A DNA stretch of 64,000 nucleotides from Xylographa opegraphella (GCA_022813865.1 JALDZX010000025.1:186001-250000); one strand, 5' to 3'. Shown: positions 1-13,607, counted from the stretch's first letter. A program made the numbers and translations. The notes: generated from the letters alone by a model not told the origin.

Positions 1-488
1 CAAAATTTATGAACCTTTTATCCATCTGACATAGCTCCTGGTAGCCCTCTATACAGATTTGGTAGATGGTATCAAAATCCTGAGAAGCAGCCACATTCTG
101 GTCGAACAATAACGATTTTGAGTGAGCCCGCTTTTGTGCTTTGAGGTCTAGAGGATTGGTAGATTTGGCAGCTATCTGGGCCAACTGTGCGGTCAAAACG
201 GTCGCCATCCTTCGGCGATCTCAATGACAGCTTCTATCAACTGTAATTGAGCAGGTCGTTGCCCATCTGATCAGAGCTTCCACAGAAAAAACATTTCTAC
301 AGATCACTCTTTCACACTAGCAATTTTAATCAACGGGAATTTTTCGCGACTCTTATCCTAGGCCTAGCCTAGTCCTAATCCTGGGACCTAGCCTCGGCTC
401 GGCAAAAGTTGCTCTATGAAACATTCGACTCGCAACCAAGTTGGAGCAGCTAAGGTACTTTCAAATTCCGTTTGTACATAGACGCAGC

Positions 489-3400
489 ATGACGGAGGAA
501 ACTACTGTACGTCAGTAACTAAGATTGTCCGGGATAATAAGCTCTTACTGATATAAATTTTCCAGATTTTCAATAAACCAGTACCCAAATTTGCAAGCTT
601 CCGCCCCAAGCCTGAGCCGCCAGCATTGAGTCCTCCAAGAGGAAGCTCTGATTCCTCCAAACACACAGAAGATGGGCAGGCAAATGCTATCTTACTTCCA
701 GAATCTTCCACACGACATCGGCATAGGAAACATGCCGCACCTGAGCACAAATCTAAACGCCTGAGACACCTACAGTCGGAAGACAGGCGTGGAGAGGACT
801 CCGTATCGCAAGTCAATACTACCTGTTGGAAAGAGCCGGAGCTTTACGTTGTTGATGTATCTGGGGATACCGCCAATGTGAAATACGGCTCTCTACACAG
901 CTACAGTGTTCCTTCGTTCTTTCGGAGTGGCTACGGCAACATCCTTGGCTTATCATCGAGTCTCAAGGTCAATCGACAGCTCAGCAATGATAAGTACCTT
1001 GTTGTATCAGGTCCCGACAACACCGGCTACCTCAAAAGGAACAAGGCAGCATTTGCAAAAGTGGGCCGCGGGCGAGCGACCAAGGTCAAGTCCATCACGC
1101 CAGCTATTGAGCTGCTTGGGAATCGTGAGGCCGACTTCATTCCGATTGACGGTGGAAGAACCAAGAAACGACGGCGTCTTGATGATGTCTTATGGGGCTC
1201 TGGTTCGAACACAGATGATGAGCAACATCATTACAGATCAATCGAAGGAAAGGCAAAGCCTTCAATTGACGTGGAGGACTCTGATATCGAGTTCAATGAA
1301 GATGCTTCCGATCTTGGACAGACAAAAACATTGGCTGACGAGGTAATGTTGCACAAAGCTGCATTAACTAGGAAACTAGACTTGGAGCCTGGCAATGGCG
1401 CGGCATGGCTCGATCTTATCAATTACCAGGGGCACATTCTTCTGGGTCGTTCTCTGGATCAAAGAGCCAATGCCGCCGAAACCACGAGCACCGCAGATAT
1501 AAAGCTGTCTATGTACGAGAAAGCTTTGAACGCGGTGAAAGATCCGGAACTCGTTGAACAATTAATTATTGGCATGATGCACGAGGGTGCTAAGCTGTGG
1601 GATGTCAAGAAGCTTGCAAATAGATGGCAAAATGTGCTGCAAGAGAATCCTCATTATATCAACTTATGGACAAAATATTTGGACTTTCAGCAAACCAACT
1701 CTGCGAGCTTCCACTTTGACGAGCTCAGAGAAGTGTATCGGAAATGTCTAGGTATTCTGCGGGTAGCACTTCTGCGGGCAGAGGGTGAGGTGGCAAAACA
1801 GGACCATCTCATCACAATTCAGTTGTATCTACTTCTGCGATTGACCGTATGCTTGAGAGAGGCAGGCTATGCCGAGCAATCCGTCGCGATCTGGCAAGTG
1901 GTTTTCGAGTTCAACTTGTACAGACCCTCGAACTCTGGGAACGAGAAGACCCCTCTATCTTTCGAGAAGCTAAGAATAAGTTTCGAAGACTTCTGGGAAA
2001 GTGAAGTGCCTCGTATTGGTGAAGAAAACTCGGTTGGTTGGGTAAATTATAGTTCTCATGGTGGGCAGCCCGCGGAACCGAAGAAAGATCAGAATATACC
2101 TTCCGGTAGTCAGATTTCTTTAATAAAAGATTGGCCCAAGCTTGAAGATACGTGCAAAATACAGAGTCAACAACCGGCTCGTACGACTGACGATACCGGG
2201 GAGAATGATCCATATAGAGTCGTTCTATTCTCAGATATCAAGGAGTTTGCTTTCGATGTCCCCGTCTCAGGCTACCGGACCCTGCTCGGTGCATTTCTTG
2301 CATATTGCCACTTGCCTCCCTTGGAAAACACGCCTGCTTCTTTGAAGCCCTGGTGGCATGATTCCTTTATCAGAAATGACAACTTAGATGGATTTAAAAG
2401 GCTCCTGCATCCTTCAGATCCTGGAGAGATTACCACAGGAAGATCCACAACTGACCTATTCGATCTGCCATTATCGAGCTATGCAGCATCAACGGACTCG
2501 TTGTTTGCTAACCATAACTCGTGGTTCGTTGCCTTTCATTCTCAGGAACCTGAGTACAAAAGCGGTCGAGGATCACTGAATTATTCTTGGACACGACGAG
2601 TTCTCAGGACGTTAGTCGATCTTGGTATCTCTAATGATGACCTTGCCGAATATTTCTTGGCATTCGAATACAACGTGATCCCAACTGCAGCTAGGAAGAC
2701 CGCAAAGGCGCTTTTGAAAAAACAACCTTCAAAATTGCGACTTTATAACTCATATGCCTTGCTCGAGTTTCGGGCAGGCAACCGAGGCACAGCTGAGGCT
2801 GTTCTCGCGGCTGCCATCAACCTCAGCAAAACTCTGGATAATAATGCACAGAAAGAGGCTATTCTCCTGTGGCGAACATGGACCTGGCAACTTCTGGAAT
2901 TTGCTGGCACGGAAGACGCGGTGAAGCGCATCCTCACAATCCCAGCCATTGAGATCCGGTCAGACGCCCCTGATGTGCTGGTGAACGCAGCCACCTGTCT
3001 CCGAGCCCAAAAGGTTAGCGTGCACACATCTCGGCTGGTTAGTACTAATATTCTACTAGACTCTGGCCTCCGGCCGCGACCAAGCACTATCACTAGGCGA
3101 GTACCGCTACGCTGTGCTCTATTCCGAATGTCTCATTCTCCTCGAATATCTCACCAACGGGGAGAGCTACGTAGATACCACATTATCAAGCTACGAAAAC
3201 CACTTTCAGCTCTTCACCAGCCGCTTACCACCAAATTCTTCACCACACGAGCTCCTGCACCAATCCCGCGCCAAACTGCTCTACTACCACACCACCCATA
3301 CGCGCTCCTTCAAACCCGCCCTCGTTCGATCCACCCTTACGGACAGCGTCAAACGCTTCCCCCACAACACCATCTTCCTCTCCCTTTACGCCTGGAATGA

Positions 3401-3866
3401 AGCCCGCTTCCGCATCGACGACCGCGTCCGCGCCCTCGTCCATGATGTCGTCCTTTCAGCTCACGCCGACAGTAACAGTAGCACCCACGACATCATCTCC
3501 CACTTCTTCGCCGTCTACGTCGAGCTACGCCGCAGCCCCACCACTGGCTCGAACATCCATTCCATCCGCGGCGTGCTCGAACGCGCCGTCGAGAGCGCGT
3601 GCGGTAAACAGAGTGCGGCGATGTGGAAGCTGTATTTCTTGTTCGAATGTGAGAGAGGAGGCTTGCAGCGCGCGAGAGCAGTGTTCTACCGCGCTATTCG
3701 GGCGTGTCCGTGGGTGAAGGAGCTTTATCTGCTCGCCTTTGAGCGGTTGGGACAGGGGATGTCGGTGGGTGAATTGAAAGGCGTGTATGAAATGGTGGTG
3801 GAGAGGGAGTTGAGGGTATTTGTAGCATTAGAGGATGCGTTCGAGGAAGTGGAAGGTACAGTGTGA
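489..3866 (+). CDS. NRDE-2/Nrl1-like HAT-repeat protein (nuclear RNAi / splicing-associated)
   Basis: Exons 489-506, 566-3013, 3060-3866 (GT-AG introns, frames consistent). N-terminal VPKFASFRPK; motifs FEDFWESEVPRIGE, DPYRVVLFSDI and C-terminal FYRAIRACPWVKELY...ERELRV typical of NRDE-2. Confidence 0.85.
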
Positions 3867-4546
3867 GGGAGTGGAAATGGATCGCAGTGCACTATAATGG
3901 ATTATGTCTATTGCGGTACATCTTACGTGGCATCTGACTCCCGGGTATTAGCTGTACGCCAACGACACTCCGGAATTAGTACCTAAGAAGTCTCCATCAC
4001 CCAAGCCCACAGGTATGTAGTGCATACAGAGTTGTAGGAGATCACCTGACTTCGCGGACCCGCGGAATTGAGTTCGGGCACGGACGTGCACGGGCCACCC
4101 CCTTCCACGCTCGCTTCCGGCCCTCTCTCTCCCTTGGGTCAGCTTGGCCACGTTCCTGCGTCGATACCACACTGGACTGCCTCACTCCGATCCAACCAGG
4201 CTTTACACCGCTTTGGCCCTGAAACCAGCTTGCGATAAGCTTGCAGATGTAAGCCAGCTTGGCTCAGCTTACACGCATGGCTGGTATCCGCATGCTGGAA
4301 CCCTCAGCTCAGCTGAGTAGTGAATGCGTCAGGCTGGGAGCGCCAACATGATATCAATGGAGTAGAGGGTTCCACGACTCTTCCTCAATATTGTTAACAA
4401 CAGTCCTCGCTTGAACAGCTTGACAAACGTTTATGATCCAGCGTGCTTTTTGTTCTTAAACAGTACCCAACATTGACCTCAATCTTGTACGCTTTCTGTC
4501 AAATTGACCGAGGCACTTGCCACAGAACTCTTCTGCCTCATCGGCA

Positions 4547-6098
4547 ATGACGGCCGAATCTATAACAGAGCTTGCTGCTATTATCTCAGAGAATACTGCC
4601 AAAGTGCACAACTACTACTCGTCCAATGGCTTAACGTCCCCGTCCTTTGATGTAGACGCACCCACCGAGTCCCTAATATCAATTGAGGCAAAAGAAGTTC
4701 AAGATGCACGTGTGGCTGTGATAGAGGCGACTAAGAAGCTCCGTAATTACATGCTGGGTCCTAGGGACTTCCTTCTGAGCGATTTCCTAGTATGCTCGAT
4801 TTTGGTGCAGCAATAGCGAGGGAGCACTAAAGTGCTAATAGAGTCTAGCATGATGAGCTCCTGAGTATGCAAGCTGTTTCCACCTTGAAGATGGCCTCAA
4901 CGTTTCCTGTTCACGAAGAAGCCTCGTTTGAGCATATCGCAAAGGCCAGCGGCTTGAGCGAGTCGAATACTCGCCGTATTCTTCGCCATGCCATGACCCG
5001 AAATCTCTTCCAGGAACACCGCAAAGGATTTGTCTCGCATAATGCGGTGAGTAGGCTTCTGGCGGAAGACCCGGAAATCTGCGACTGGGTAGCAGCAAAC
5101 ACGACAGAATGCTGGCCTGCGGCGGCCCATACTCTTGATGCTATGAAGAAATGGCCCGATTCACAAGAAGCCAACGAAACAGTAAGCCGGTTTCGTCGCT
5201 TTCTGGAGTTTGAGTGACCGCTTACACTAGTAAAGGGATTCTCAATTGCAAACGATACAGATAAATCGTTCTATCAAGTGTTCGGGGAGTCCCCTGAACG
5301 TGCTCATCGTTTTGGAAATGCCATGAAAACTTTCACTAAAGGCACAGGTTATCTCATGAAGCACGTCGTGACTGGCTATCCATGGGGCTCCTTAGGAGAG
5401 GGAACCATCGTCGATGTGAGTTTCCACGATCCCATCAACATATCCAAAAGTTAATCGTGATGTTTCAGGTGGGCGGATCTGATGGCTACATCTCCCGAGA
5501 AATTGCGTTGGCTTATCCGAAGCTCAAGATTGTCGTTGAGGATCTTCCTCAAGCCGTGGATTCTGCCCAGGTGCCCCCGGAATTAGCTGGCCGCGTTTCG
5601 TACAAAGCTCATAATTTCCTGACGGAGGAGCAGCCGGTAAAGGGGGCAGATGTCTACTTCTATCGTTGGATCTTCCACAACTGGCCCCTGAAGTATTGCA
5701 TACAAATCCTGCGAAGCGTTATCCCGGCACTCAAACCAGGAGCGCACATAGTCTTCAACGATTACGTGTTGCCGTCCCCGGGAGATGGAATGTCCGTTTG
5801 GCAGGAATCGCGGCTACGGTAAGCGACAATTCTCTTCCCGCTCCTCCATTAAGAATTCCAAAAGAACACCGTGTGGGTCTGAATGCCGGAATACTGATAC
5901 CTCCGTAGATCGCTCGATCTTTGCATGTTGTCATTATTCAACGCGCAGGAACGTGATCTCGACGATTGGGCCACTCTGTTCGAAATGGCGGACCCCAGAT
6001 TCAAGTTCTTGGGCGGGAAACAGCCAGAAGGCGCCGTCATGTGGATTCTGGAAGCGGTATGGGATCCGAGTGCAGCAGAGGCCGCAAATAAAGCGTGA
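4547..6098 (+). CDS. SAM-dependent O-methyltransferase (Methyltransf_2, fungal secondary-metabolism type)
   Basis: Five exons joining ORFs 4517, 4867, 5382 and a final exon ending TGA 6096-6098. Spliced motifs VDVGGSDG, ADVYFYRWIFHNWP, NAQERDLDDW; N-terminal winged-helix segment RRILRHAMT. Confidence 0.9.
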
Positions 6099-6792
6099 GA
6101 GAGGGATGGAAGCCAACGATTGATGTTCATGGGTGGCATCTTTGATCATTCTCCACACGGCCGCGAAAGGAGTTTATGCCAGATACCGTAGAGGTCGAGT
6201 GAGCAGACTGTAGCACTGCTGGTAGTGATTTCCGAGTCTGCTGCCGTCACAGATGTGCTCTATAGAAGCGAGGTGTCTTTGTTATAGAGTTCCCTCAAGG
6301 CAGTGCACTGTCTTTTTCAAGGAGATTGTTCTTGATCTTGTTAGGCGAATTGGCAGCCCCTTTTCCCCCACGAGGATATGAAACAGTGATGTTCTTTCGG
6401 ACATCATGCCACCACGTTCATTGCCCGTGGTTTCTCCTTTTGCAGCTCTTCGTCGTAGTTCCAATGCCCAGTTGTCGCTCCCAGCGGGACTGTGGGGTAG
6501 ACTACCTAAAGGTACACTATGTTGTAAGCAAGCCACACGCATACTGCCGAAGCTATACCCCGCGACGAGGGGCATGTCTCCGCCCACAACGAAGTCTCTT
6601 GCTATGTCGTGTCTGTCTTGCTCATGATTACCTGACTGAGCGCGACCCTCCTTCACTCTTTGCTATGCTTTCAAACTTTCCATCTGTACATTCCCTCCAA
6701 GCATTGTCTTCCCCTTGATTAAATTTCAAGAGCGCATGCCGAACTACCTACTCCACTGATCCCAATCACCCTCACCTCTCCACCCCTCCACC

Positions 6793-7894
6793 ATGGACCA
6801 CTCCAGCGTACACATCCCCCCGATGAAGGACCTCACCATCGCCAACATCACGCCCAACACCATCCTCATCAACTCGCAAGGCCCCTCCCAGCGCCTCACC
6901 TACGTGCTCGAGCGCCTCGTCTCCCACCTGCACGACTTCGCGCGCGAGACCCGCCTCTCGACGGCGGAATGGCGCGCGGCCATCGACTTCCTCACCGCCG
7001 TCGGCCAGACGTGCACGGCCGTGCGGCAGGAATTCATCCTCCTGTCCGACATCCTCGGCCTCTCCCTCCTCGTCGACAGCATCGACCACCCCAAACCGCC
7101 GCGCAGCACCGAGGGCTCCGTGCTCGGGCCCTTCCACAGCCACGAGGCGGCCGACATGCAGCACGGCGACGCCGTCAGCCACGACCCACTGGGCGAGCCG
7201 TGCCTGGTCGCGTGCCGCGTCACCGACGTGCACGGCAAGCCCGTCCCCGGCGTCAAAGTCGACGTGTGGGAGACCGACAGCACGGGCCACTACGACGTGC
7301 AGTACGCGGAGCGGGAAGGGCCCGATGGGCGCTGTGTGCTGCGCAGCGATGCCGACGGCCGCTTCTGGTTCCGCGCCATCAAGCCGGTGCCGTACCCGAT
7401 CCCGCACGACGGGCCTGTGGGCCAGCTGCTCGCGAAGCTGCACCGCCACCCCTACCGCCCCGCGCACATGCACTTCATGTTCGAGAAGGAGGGCTGGGAC
7501 CACTTGATCACGTGGGTGTTTCTTCCGCCGTCTCATTCCCCCCTTGATTCCCCGGAGAGAGAGAGAGAGAGAGAGCGTTAACGATTGAGGGGGGGGGCTA
7601 ATATGCATGAGTGGCTTTCCTAGGGCCCTCTATCTACGCGGCGACCCGTACGAGACCTCGGACGCCGTCTTCGGCGTCAAGCAGTCGCTCGTCGTCGACC
7701 TGCTGCCCGCGGACGCGCACACGAGCGAGCGCTACGGCGTCGCGGAGGGCAGCTTGGTGCTGAAGCACGACTTTGTGCTCGTGACCAGCGAGGCGGCGAG
7801 GGAGCTGCGCGACGAGCGCAGCAGGGAGGCCTTGGCTGCGTTGGGGAGGAAGGTCAAGCTGCTGGACGGGCTGCCGGTGCCAGATGTGGATTAG
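6793..7894 (+). CDS. Intradiol ring-cleavage dioxygenase (hydroxyquinol/catechol 1,2-dioxygenase family)
   Basis: Exons 6793-7511 and 7624-7894. Motifs EFILLSDILG, TEGSVLGPF, Fe ligands in GHYDVQY, PYPIPHDGP and RPAHMHF, then DAVFGVK. Confidence 0.93.
7555..7574. repeat. (GA)n microsatellite in the dioxygenase intron
   Basis: Run of gagaga..., followed by a poly-G tract at about 7589-7597. Confidence 0.9.
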
Positions 7895-8011
7895 GAAAGT
7901 TGTGACTGGGAGAACATATGCTGTGTCATGCGGGCGTGTGGGGTGAAAAAAACGTGAGACTCTATGCTTGTTCTGGGGGGCGTTTGGGGATGGAGGAAGG
8001 ATTTCTTGCTG

Positions 8012-10574
8012 CTACCGTCGGCCGCCCCTGCTGGTATTGCCTCTCGCTCTGGAGGGTTTCCCACCTCTGCTACCGCCACCTCTACCGCCCCCTCGACCGC
8101 CCCCTCCAGCTTTCCTAGCCTTCTCCTTCTCCTTCCCCTTCCTTTCCTTCCCGCCCACCCCCCTCTCCTCCTTCCCCTTCTTCCACACCTTCCCCTCCAC
8201 CCTCTCCCGCCGATCATCCAACCGCTTCTTATCCTTCCCACTCAACTTCCCCTCCTTCCTCACCCCCTTCGCCCCCTCGCCGTTCAGCTCCTTCCTCCCC
8301 ACCCCCTTCGCCGCCCGCTTCTCCTTCTCGCTCTCGAACCACGTCCGCTTCGGCCGCGCCATGATCTCCCCCCCGAACTGCATCATATTCTCCCCCTTGC
8401 GCAGCTCCATCTCCCCTTTGCCCACCAGCTTCTCCTCCTTCTCCTCCTCCAGGATGGCCTCCACCTCCGCCTCCATGCCTTTGATCTTCTCCGCCCACGC
8501 GTCCGCGAGCTCGGCCTCCACCACGCGGCTGACGATCTTGGCCCCTTGCGCTTTGCCGCTCCGCACGGCCTGCTTGACGACTTTGCGATCCGGCTCGGCG
8601 GCAATGGTGCAGGCGCGTCCCGTGCGGCCGGCTCGCGCGGTACGGCCGACGCGGTGCAGGTAGATCTCGTGGGACTGGGGCGCTTCGTAGTTGATGACTG
8701 TTTCGACGCCTTTGATGTCGAGACCGCGCGAGGCGACGTCGGTAGCGAGGAGGTGGGTGGCGGCGGAGGAGCGGAAGGACTCGATGCTTGATATGCGCTG
8801 TGGAGAGAGAGGGTCAGTGGTTGATCAATCGTAGACGGGAGGAGCGGAGAGGAGGGATATGTCTTACCTGCTCTTGGGTCATGCTGCCGTGGAGCTCAGC
8901 GGCTTTGAAGCCGCATAGACCGAAGATGATGCGCACTCGATGTGCTTCCTTTTTCTGGCGGAAGAAGATGATGACCCGGTCGGTATAGAGGGTGGAGCAG
9001 AGGTGCATGAGGTAGGCGAGGCGCTTGTCTTCTCGTCCTGGTCGCAGACGGACAAACTCTTGGATCAGGGTCCCGACTGTCTGCTTTCTCGCATCCACCA
9101 TCAGCCGAACGGGTCGATTGAGGCCGACTCGGATGAGCTTGTCTACGCTGTCGGTCATTGTGGCTGAGAAGAGCATGGTTTGTCGAGACTTCGGTATTGT
9201 CGTGAGAATTTCATTGAGCTCGTCCGCGAACCCATCTTCCAGCATGCGATCAGCTTCATCGAGAACGAGAATCTCCAAGGTATCGACTGTGAAACTCGCA
9301 GAGTTTCTCATGTGATCGATGAAACGACCCGGTGTGGCGATGATGATATCCGGTCTACTTCGAAGCACACTTTCCTGCTCCCTTAAACTGAAGCCTCCGA
9401 CGAGCTGACAGAATGTGACATCGGTAAAGCTTGCCAACTTTTTGCCGACATTGAAACATTGTACGGCCAGTTCTCGGGTTGGCATCAGGATAGCCACTCT
9501 GCTAGTCGGTACCTTCTTCGGTCTGTAGAGTAGTCGTTCAAGTATTGGGATCATGAACGCTGCGGTTTTACCCGACCCTGTCACTGCTCCTCCGACGACA
9601 TCCTTTCCCAGCACGGCCATGGGTATCGTTTTGACCTGTATAGGGGTTGGCTCTGAGAATCCTACAGCTGCCAAGCCTCGAAGAATAGGCCGGGAAAGGG
9701 ACATTGACTGAAAGGAATGTAGGCTTGAAGCTTTGGTCAAGGTAGCTTTGTCAACTTTCTCCTCAGGCGCAAAGAATGCTTCACGACGCGCCCTCTCAGC
9801 TGGGTTGTCTATCTCTTCCGTAGAAGAAATGTCGGAAGCATCATCATCGGCTGGATGGGGCACAGGTGAAGCTATAGATTCATCTTCGGATCCAGATGTC
9901 TCTGATTCTCCATCATCGTCGTGACCTGTAGCTTCCATATCATCGCTTTCTTCATCTCCAGTGGCTCCCATACCGAAACCATCAGGTGCAAGAAGCTCGT
10001 CGTCCTCACTTCCGTCCAATTGAACATCTCCCGCATCTTCGTCCGACGAATCTACGTTCTCGTTCTTCTCTTTGTCCTCTAGTTCATCTTGCACATCAGC
10101 AAGTTCCGGTTCCTTGGTCCCACGTTTCCTCCGCCTCGCGATCAGATCGTCAATATCAACACCCTTTTTATTGCCAGATCGTGGAGTGGATTTTGTAGGA
10201 TCCTCAGCGCCCCACCCGTCAAAGTCTTCCACAACGCCAATATCCACATCTCCAACTTGGAACTCGAAATCAGAGTCCATCGCTCCATCGTCCTCCCCAC
10301 CCGCTGTCCACGTTGTTTCCTCATCTTCCGGATCTTGTTCTTCCATGCTGTTCACATTCGAGTCCGCTATTCCGTTGCCCAGCTTCCCCTTCTTATGCTT
10401 TTTATTCTTGCCATTTGATGGCACATCTGGTCCCCGCTTGCGCTTTCTGCCATTTTGCACTGAACGATCATCAAGAGGAATGCCTTCCAGGTCCTCGTCA
10501 AGCAATGGTATAGTTGTTTCAGTATCTGATATAGTCAACACGAAGTCATCGTCATCATCAAAGTGTGGTGCCAT
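8012..10574 (-). CDS. DRS1: DEAD-box RNA helicase DRS1 (60S biogenesis)
   Basis: Exons 10574-8868 and 8797-8012. Acidic N-terminus, [22 protein letters not shown], and [10 protein letters not shown] in exon 2; C-terminal [14 protein letters not shown]. Confidence 0.93.
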
Positions 10575-11219
10575 GCTCCCAGTGACAAGATCATATGAGC
10601 TGCTTCACTAACGAGTCCATTGAACTTTTTGTGATATTGAAATCTTGGCGTTCTTATCATTGTTTCGCCGATCCGAAACGCTAGTCTATCTTTCTCTACT
10701 TCAATCCTTGCCTGACACAACTTACACGTCTTCAGTACACTGACCTGATCTTTGAATCTCTGTTGTTTGTTGTTGCATTTACAAAGCAAGATCTAGACCC
10801 CGAATACCAGCTCGAAACAGAGTGACGGGCGCCCGCAAACTCTTTGGTCAATCGGAGTCCATGCGGAATGTTCCGGCTGTACTGGCCACGAGTCCGTCTT
10901 TACGTCGAAAAGCTGCTTTCTTACCCAATGAGCAACAGCTCACTGAAACCATCTCAAGTTTCTTCACGCAAGCCATGTTCTCATTTGTTAATATCTGAGC
11001 TCTCGTCTATCTCAGCTTATGGAAGGCAAGGCATCTTTGGCGCTCGAAACATCTCGAGAAGTATCCTTGCACATAGTGTAATGATGTATACACTTATACT
11101 TCGATCCAAAACCTGGAACCCTTTGGCATAGTGGATGCCGATACCCTTTCTAGTACTATTTAAACCCACTTTGTTATTGCCATAAACATCCTCTTTTCCT
11201 CTTATTTTGCTTTGTGACC

Positions 11220-11266
11220 CTTTCGATTCAAAGTGCTTTCGATTCAAAGTGCTTTCGATTCTAAGT
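11220..11266. repeat. 16-bp tandem repeat (ctttcgattcaaagtg, about 2.9 copies)
   Basis: Directly visible in an AT-rich intergenic stretch. Confidence 0.9.
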
Positions 11267-11886
11267 TTGAACCTTGTTACGAGTTTATTCTTTCGACTTA
11301 GATATTCTACATCTACAGACCATTCCAAGCTTCCTTGCATGAGTGAATACTCGCAACTATAATTACTAAATATTTTGCGATTCGTTAGACTTGTATATAT
11401 CAAGTACAGATGAATTCGAGGCACTGGAATTCTAACCCGCACTGTGATTCTGGATACGCTCGAGCTCGTCCTACATACATGAGAAACGGATGGAGCGATA
11501 TGGAGAACACTGCGGGGCATGAAACACAGCCAATAATGACTATAGTAATATCGAGAACACGCATAAATATCGACTCGAGGCCCTCACGAGCAGTGAGGCA
11601 ACAGTGGAATATTTCTGTATGCCCACTCAGTCAGTTTCATTCATTCTGCGTATGGCGTGCAGCGTAATTCTACGTGATGTAGTAAAGCTGTCTAATGCGG
11701 ATAAAACTCCGCATCTGCGCGATGTTCATTGCAGCGCTTCTACATCGCCAGGCGAGAACACGTTGGGATATCTGTTTCCACCCTTACTCTATTTATTAGG
11801 AAGGAAGACCTCCATCCTTGCTATTTATTCATCTCAGAAGACTCGTTCCACTCATCGCAGACCGGAGAATTCTCGAATAGCCCGCC

Positions 11887-12555
11887 ATGCCTTTTCGCTC
11901 TCCGGTCCTCCTCCTTCTATCAGCTCTCGATCTCGCTGCATCGACCCGACCCTCTACCGAAATCGAGATCCCTGCCGACCCCTTGCTCAATCGGTTCCAG
12001 AGTGCCATGACCTTTGCCCTTGAGCACATGAACCTCGTTGACCGGGCGTATCCCGCTTGGTATGATAACGGAGGCGGCTGCTACTTCGGCTACGGCACCT
12101 CGCTGAGTGGAGCGCAGTGCCGCGCCGCCGTAGCCCAAATGCCATCCCAAAACCCCGACGTGGACGACGTCACGGAGGGCACGAACGGGCCCATCCTCAC
12201 GCGCAATTTCTATCAAACCATGCCTTTGATCTGGAGGAGCAACGACTGCTTGATCGGCGTCAGCGTCTCGGACGTTCGGCGCGCGAAGGGCCTGTACCCA
12301 CTGTTCAAAGAAGCGGCGCAGCTGATACTGGACACCTGCGTCACGAGGGCCCGGGGAGGCCTGGTCCGGTTTGGTCATTTCGAGGTCATCCTCTTCGATG
12401 CGAAGCTGTTGCCGGGCTATGAGGAGCAAGCTACCCGGAATTTTATCTACGATTTTGCCATGCAGGAGGCCAATATCCCCTTCTCCACGGGTCTGCTGCG
12501 CATGGATCCGAGGAGAGAAGCGATGGAGCTGGGGTTTGAGGTGGGCAATATATGA
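11887..12555 (+). CDS. Putative secreted small protein with four spaced cysteines (KP4/Ecp2-like pattern)
   Basis: Intronless 222-aa ORF with GC-rich codons and a hydrophobic N-terminus (VLLLLSALDLAAS). Pattern C..YG..L....C..A...MP ... W...C.I.V ... AA..I...CV....GG. Confidence 0.7.
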   Translation: MPFRSPVLLLLSALDLAASTRPSTEIEIPADPLLNRFQSAMTFALEHMNLVDRAYPAWYDNGGGCYFGYGTSLSGAQCRAAVAQMPSQNPDVDDVTEGTNGPILTRNFYQTMPLIWRSNDCLIGVSVSDVRRAKGLYPLFKEAAQLILDTCVTRARGGLVRFGHFEVILFDAKLLPGYEEQATRNFIYDFAMQEANIPFSTGLLRMDPRREAMELGFEVGNI

Positions 12556-13607
12556 GAAGGCGCGAACTGGTAGGCCCGTCGTTGCTTTTACCCCGGGATC
12601 AAGCGCAGACGGAAAAGCGGTTGTGTAATAAAAATATGTATGAAGAACTGGGCGTCGCAGGTGTGAGCCGTTCAGCTGCGCTAGAGGAACTGGTTTGTAC
12701 CTGTCGCGACCGCTGGCGAAGGATCTAGCCGGAGAGCTTCGGTTTGAGAAGCAGGTCTTCTCGCGACGGCTGTTACCCTAACTATACCCTTCTTTGCATA
12801 TCTACACATTGCCTTCCTGCCTCATATGTCGTCCTCACTCCCCCACGTACCCCCGTCACTAAACCCCATTCTCCACTCCCCACTCCCCACTCCCCACCGC
12901 CTTTCCTCATACACCCCCCGCCACCAAATCCCACTCCCCACTCGCTGCCCCCACCTCCCCCATCCACTTCCCACCCCCCACCAATACAATCCACACCACA
13001 CCCACCTGATAGCGCGTAATGCCACAGCCGCCCTGACCGCAACCCGCGTCGAACCCACAACCCCACAGCTCAACATCACTTGCGCTGACGTATCGGCATG
13101 GGGGGTTTCAACGCGATAGCCGTCGGTCTGATTTCCCCGTAGGGGTGGTGGGCAGATGGTGTAGATTGCTGAGGCAGGCGCGCGCGCTGCTGAAGGTGGG
13201 AGGGTACCTAGTGAGGAGTAGGGAGTGGGAGTGGAATAAACTGGGGTGCGCGGAGAGGGAGGGAGGAGGGAGATGGAGAGGCAGTGCGTGAGCTTTTGCG
13301 TGGAGGGGGAAGAAAGGTATACAGACTGCTCGTGTGAGACAAGGGGGTATGCGTCCGCGAGTGGTTGGAGAAGCCCAGCAAGGATATAATCTGGCATCTA
13401 GCTTAGAGAACGAGCTCTTCTCGCAGGAGCGGTAGCAGATCAAAACCCCAACGACCACGCACTGGAGCATTTCATAAAGATGTGTATTAATCTATGCTAG
13501 GAGAAATCTACACTTAGATACAGTGGCCGTCAAGAGAAAAACAGGAAATAAAAGGTTGGAAACAAGCTTTTGCTGGTGAGCACGACTCGAGTGAGCAGTG
13601 AAGCGAA

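Noticed and set aside
4195..4320. Clustered (c)agctt motifs and a short tgtaagc...gcttaca inverted repeat upstream of the methyltransferase
   Set aside because: Short and imperfect; cannot be distinguished from chance or assigned a function.
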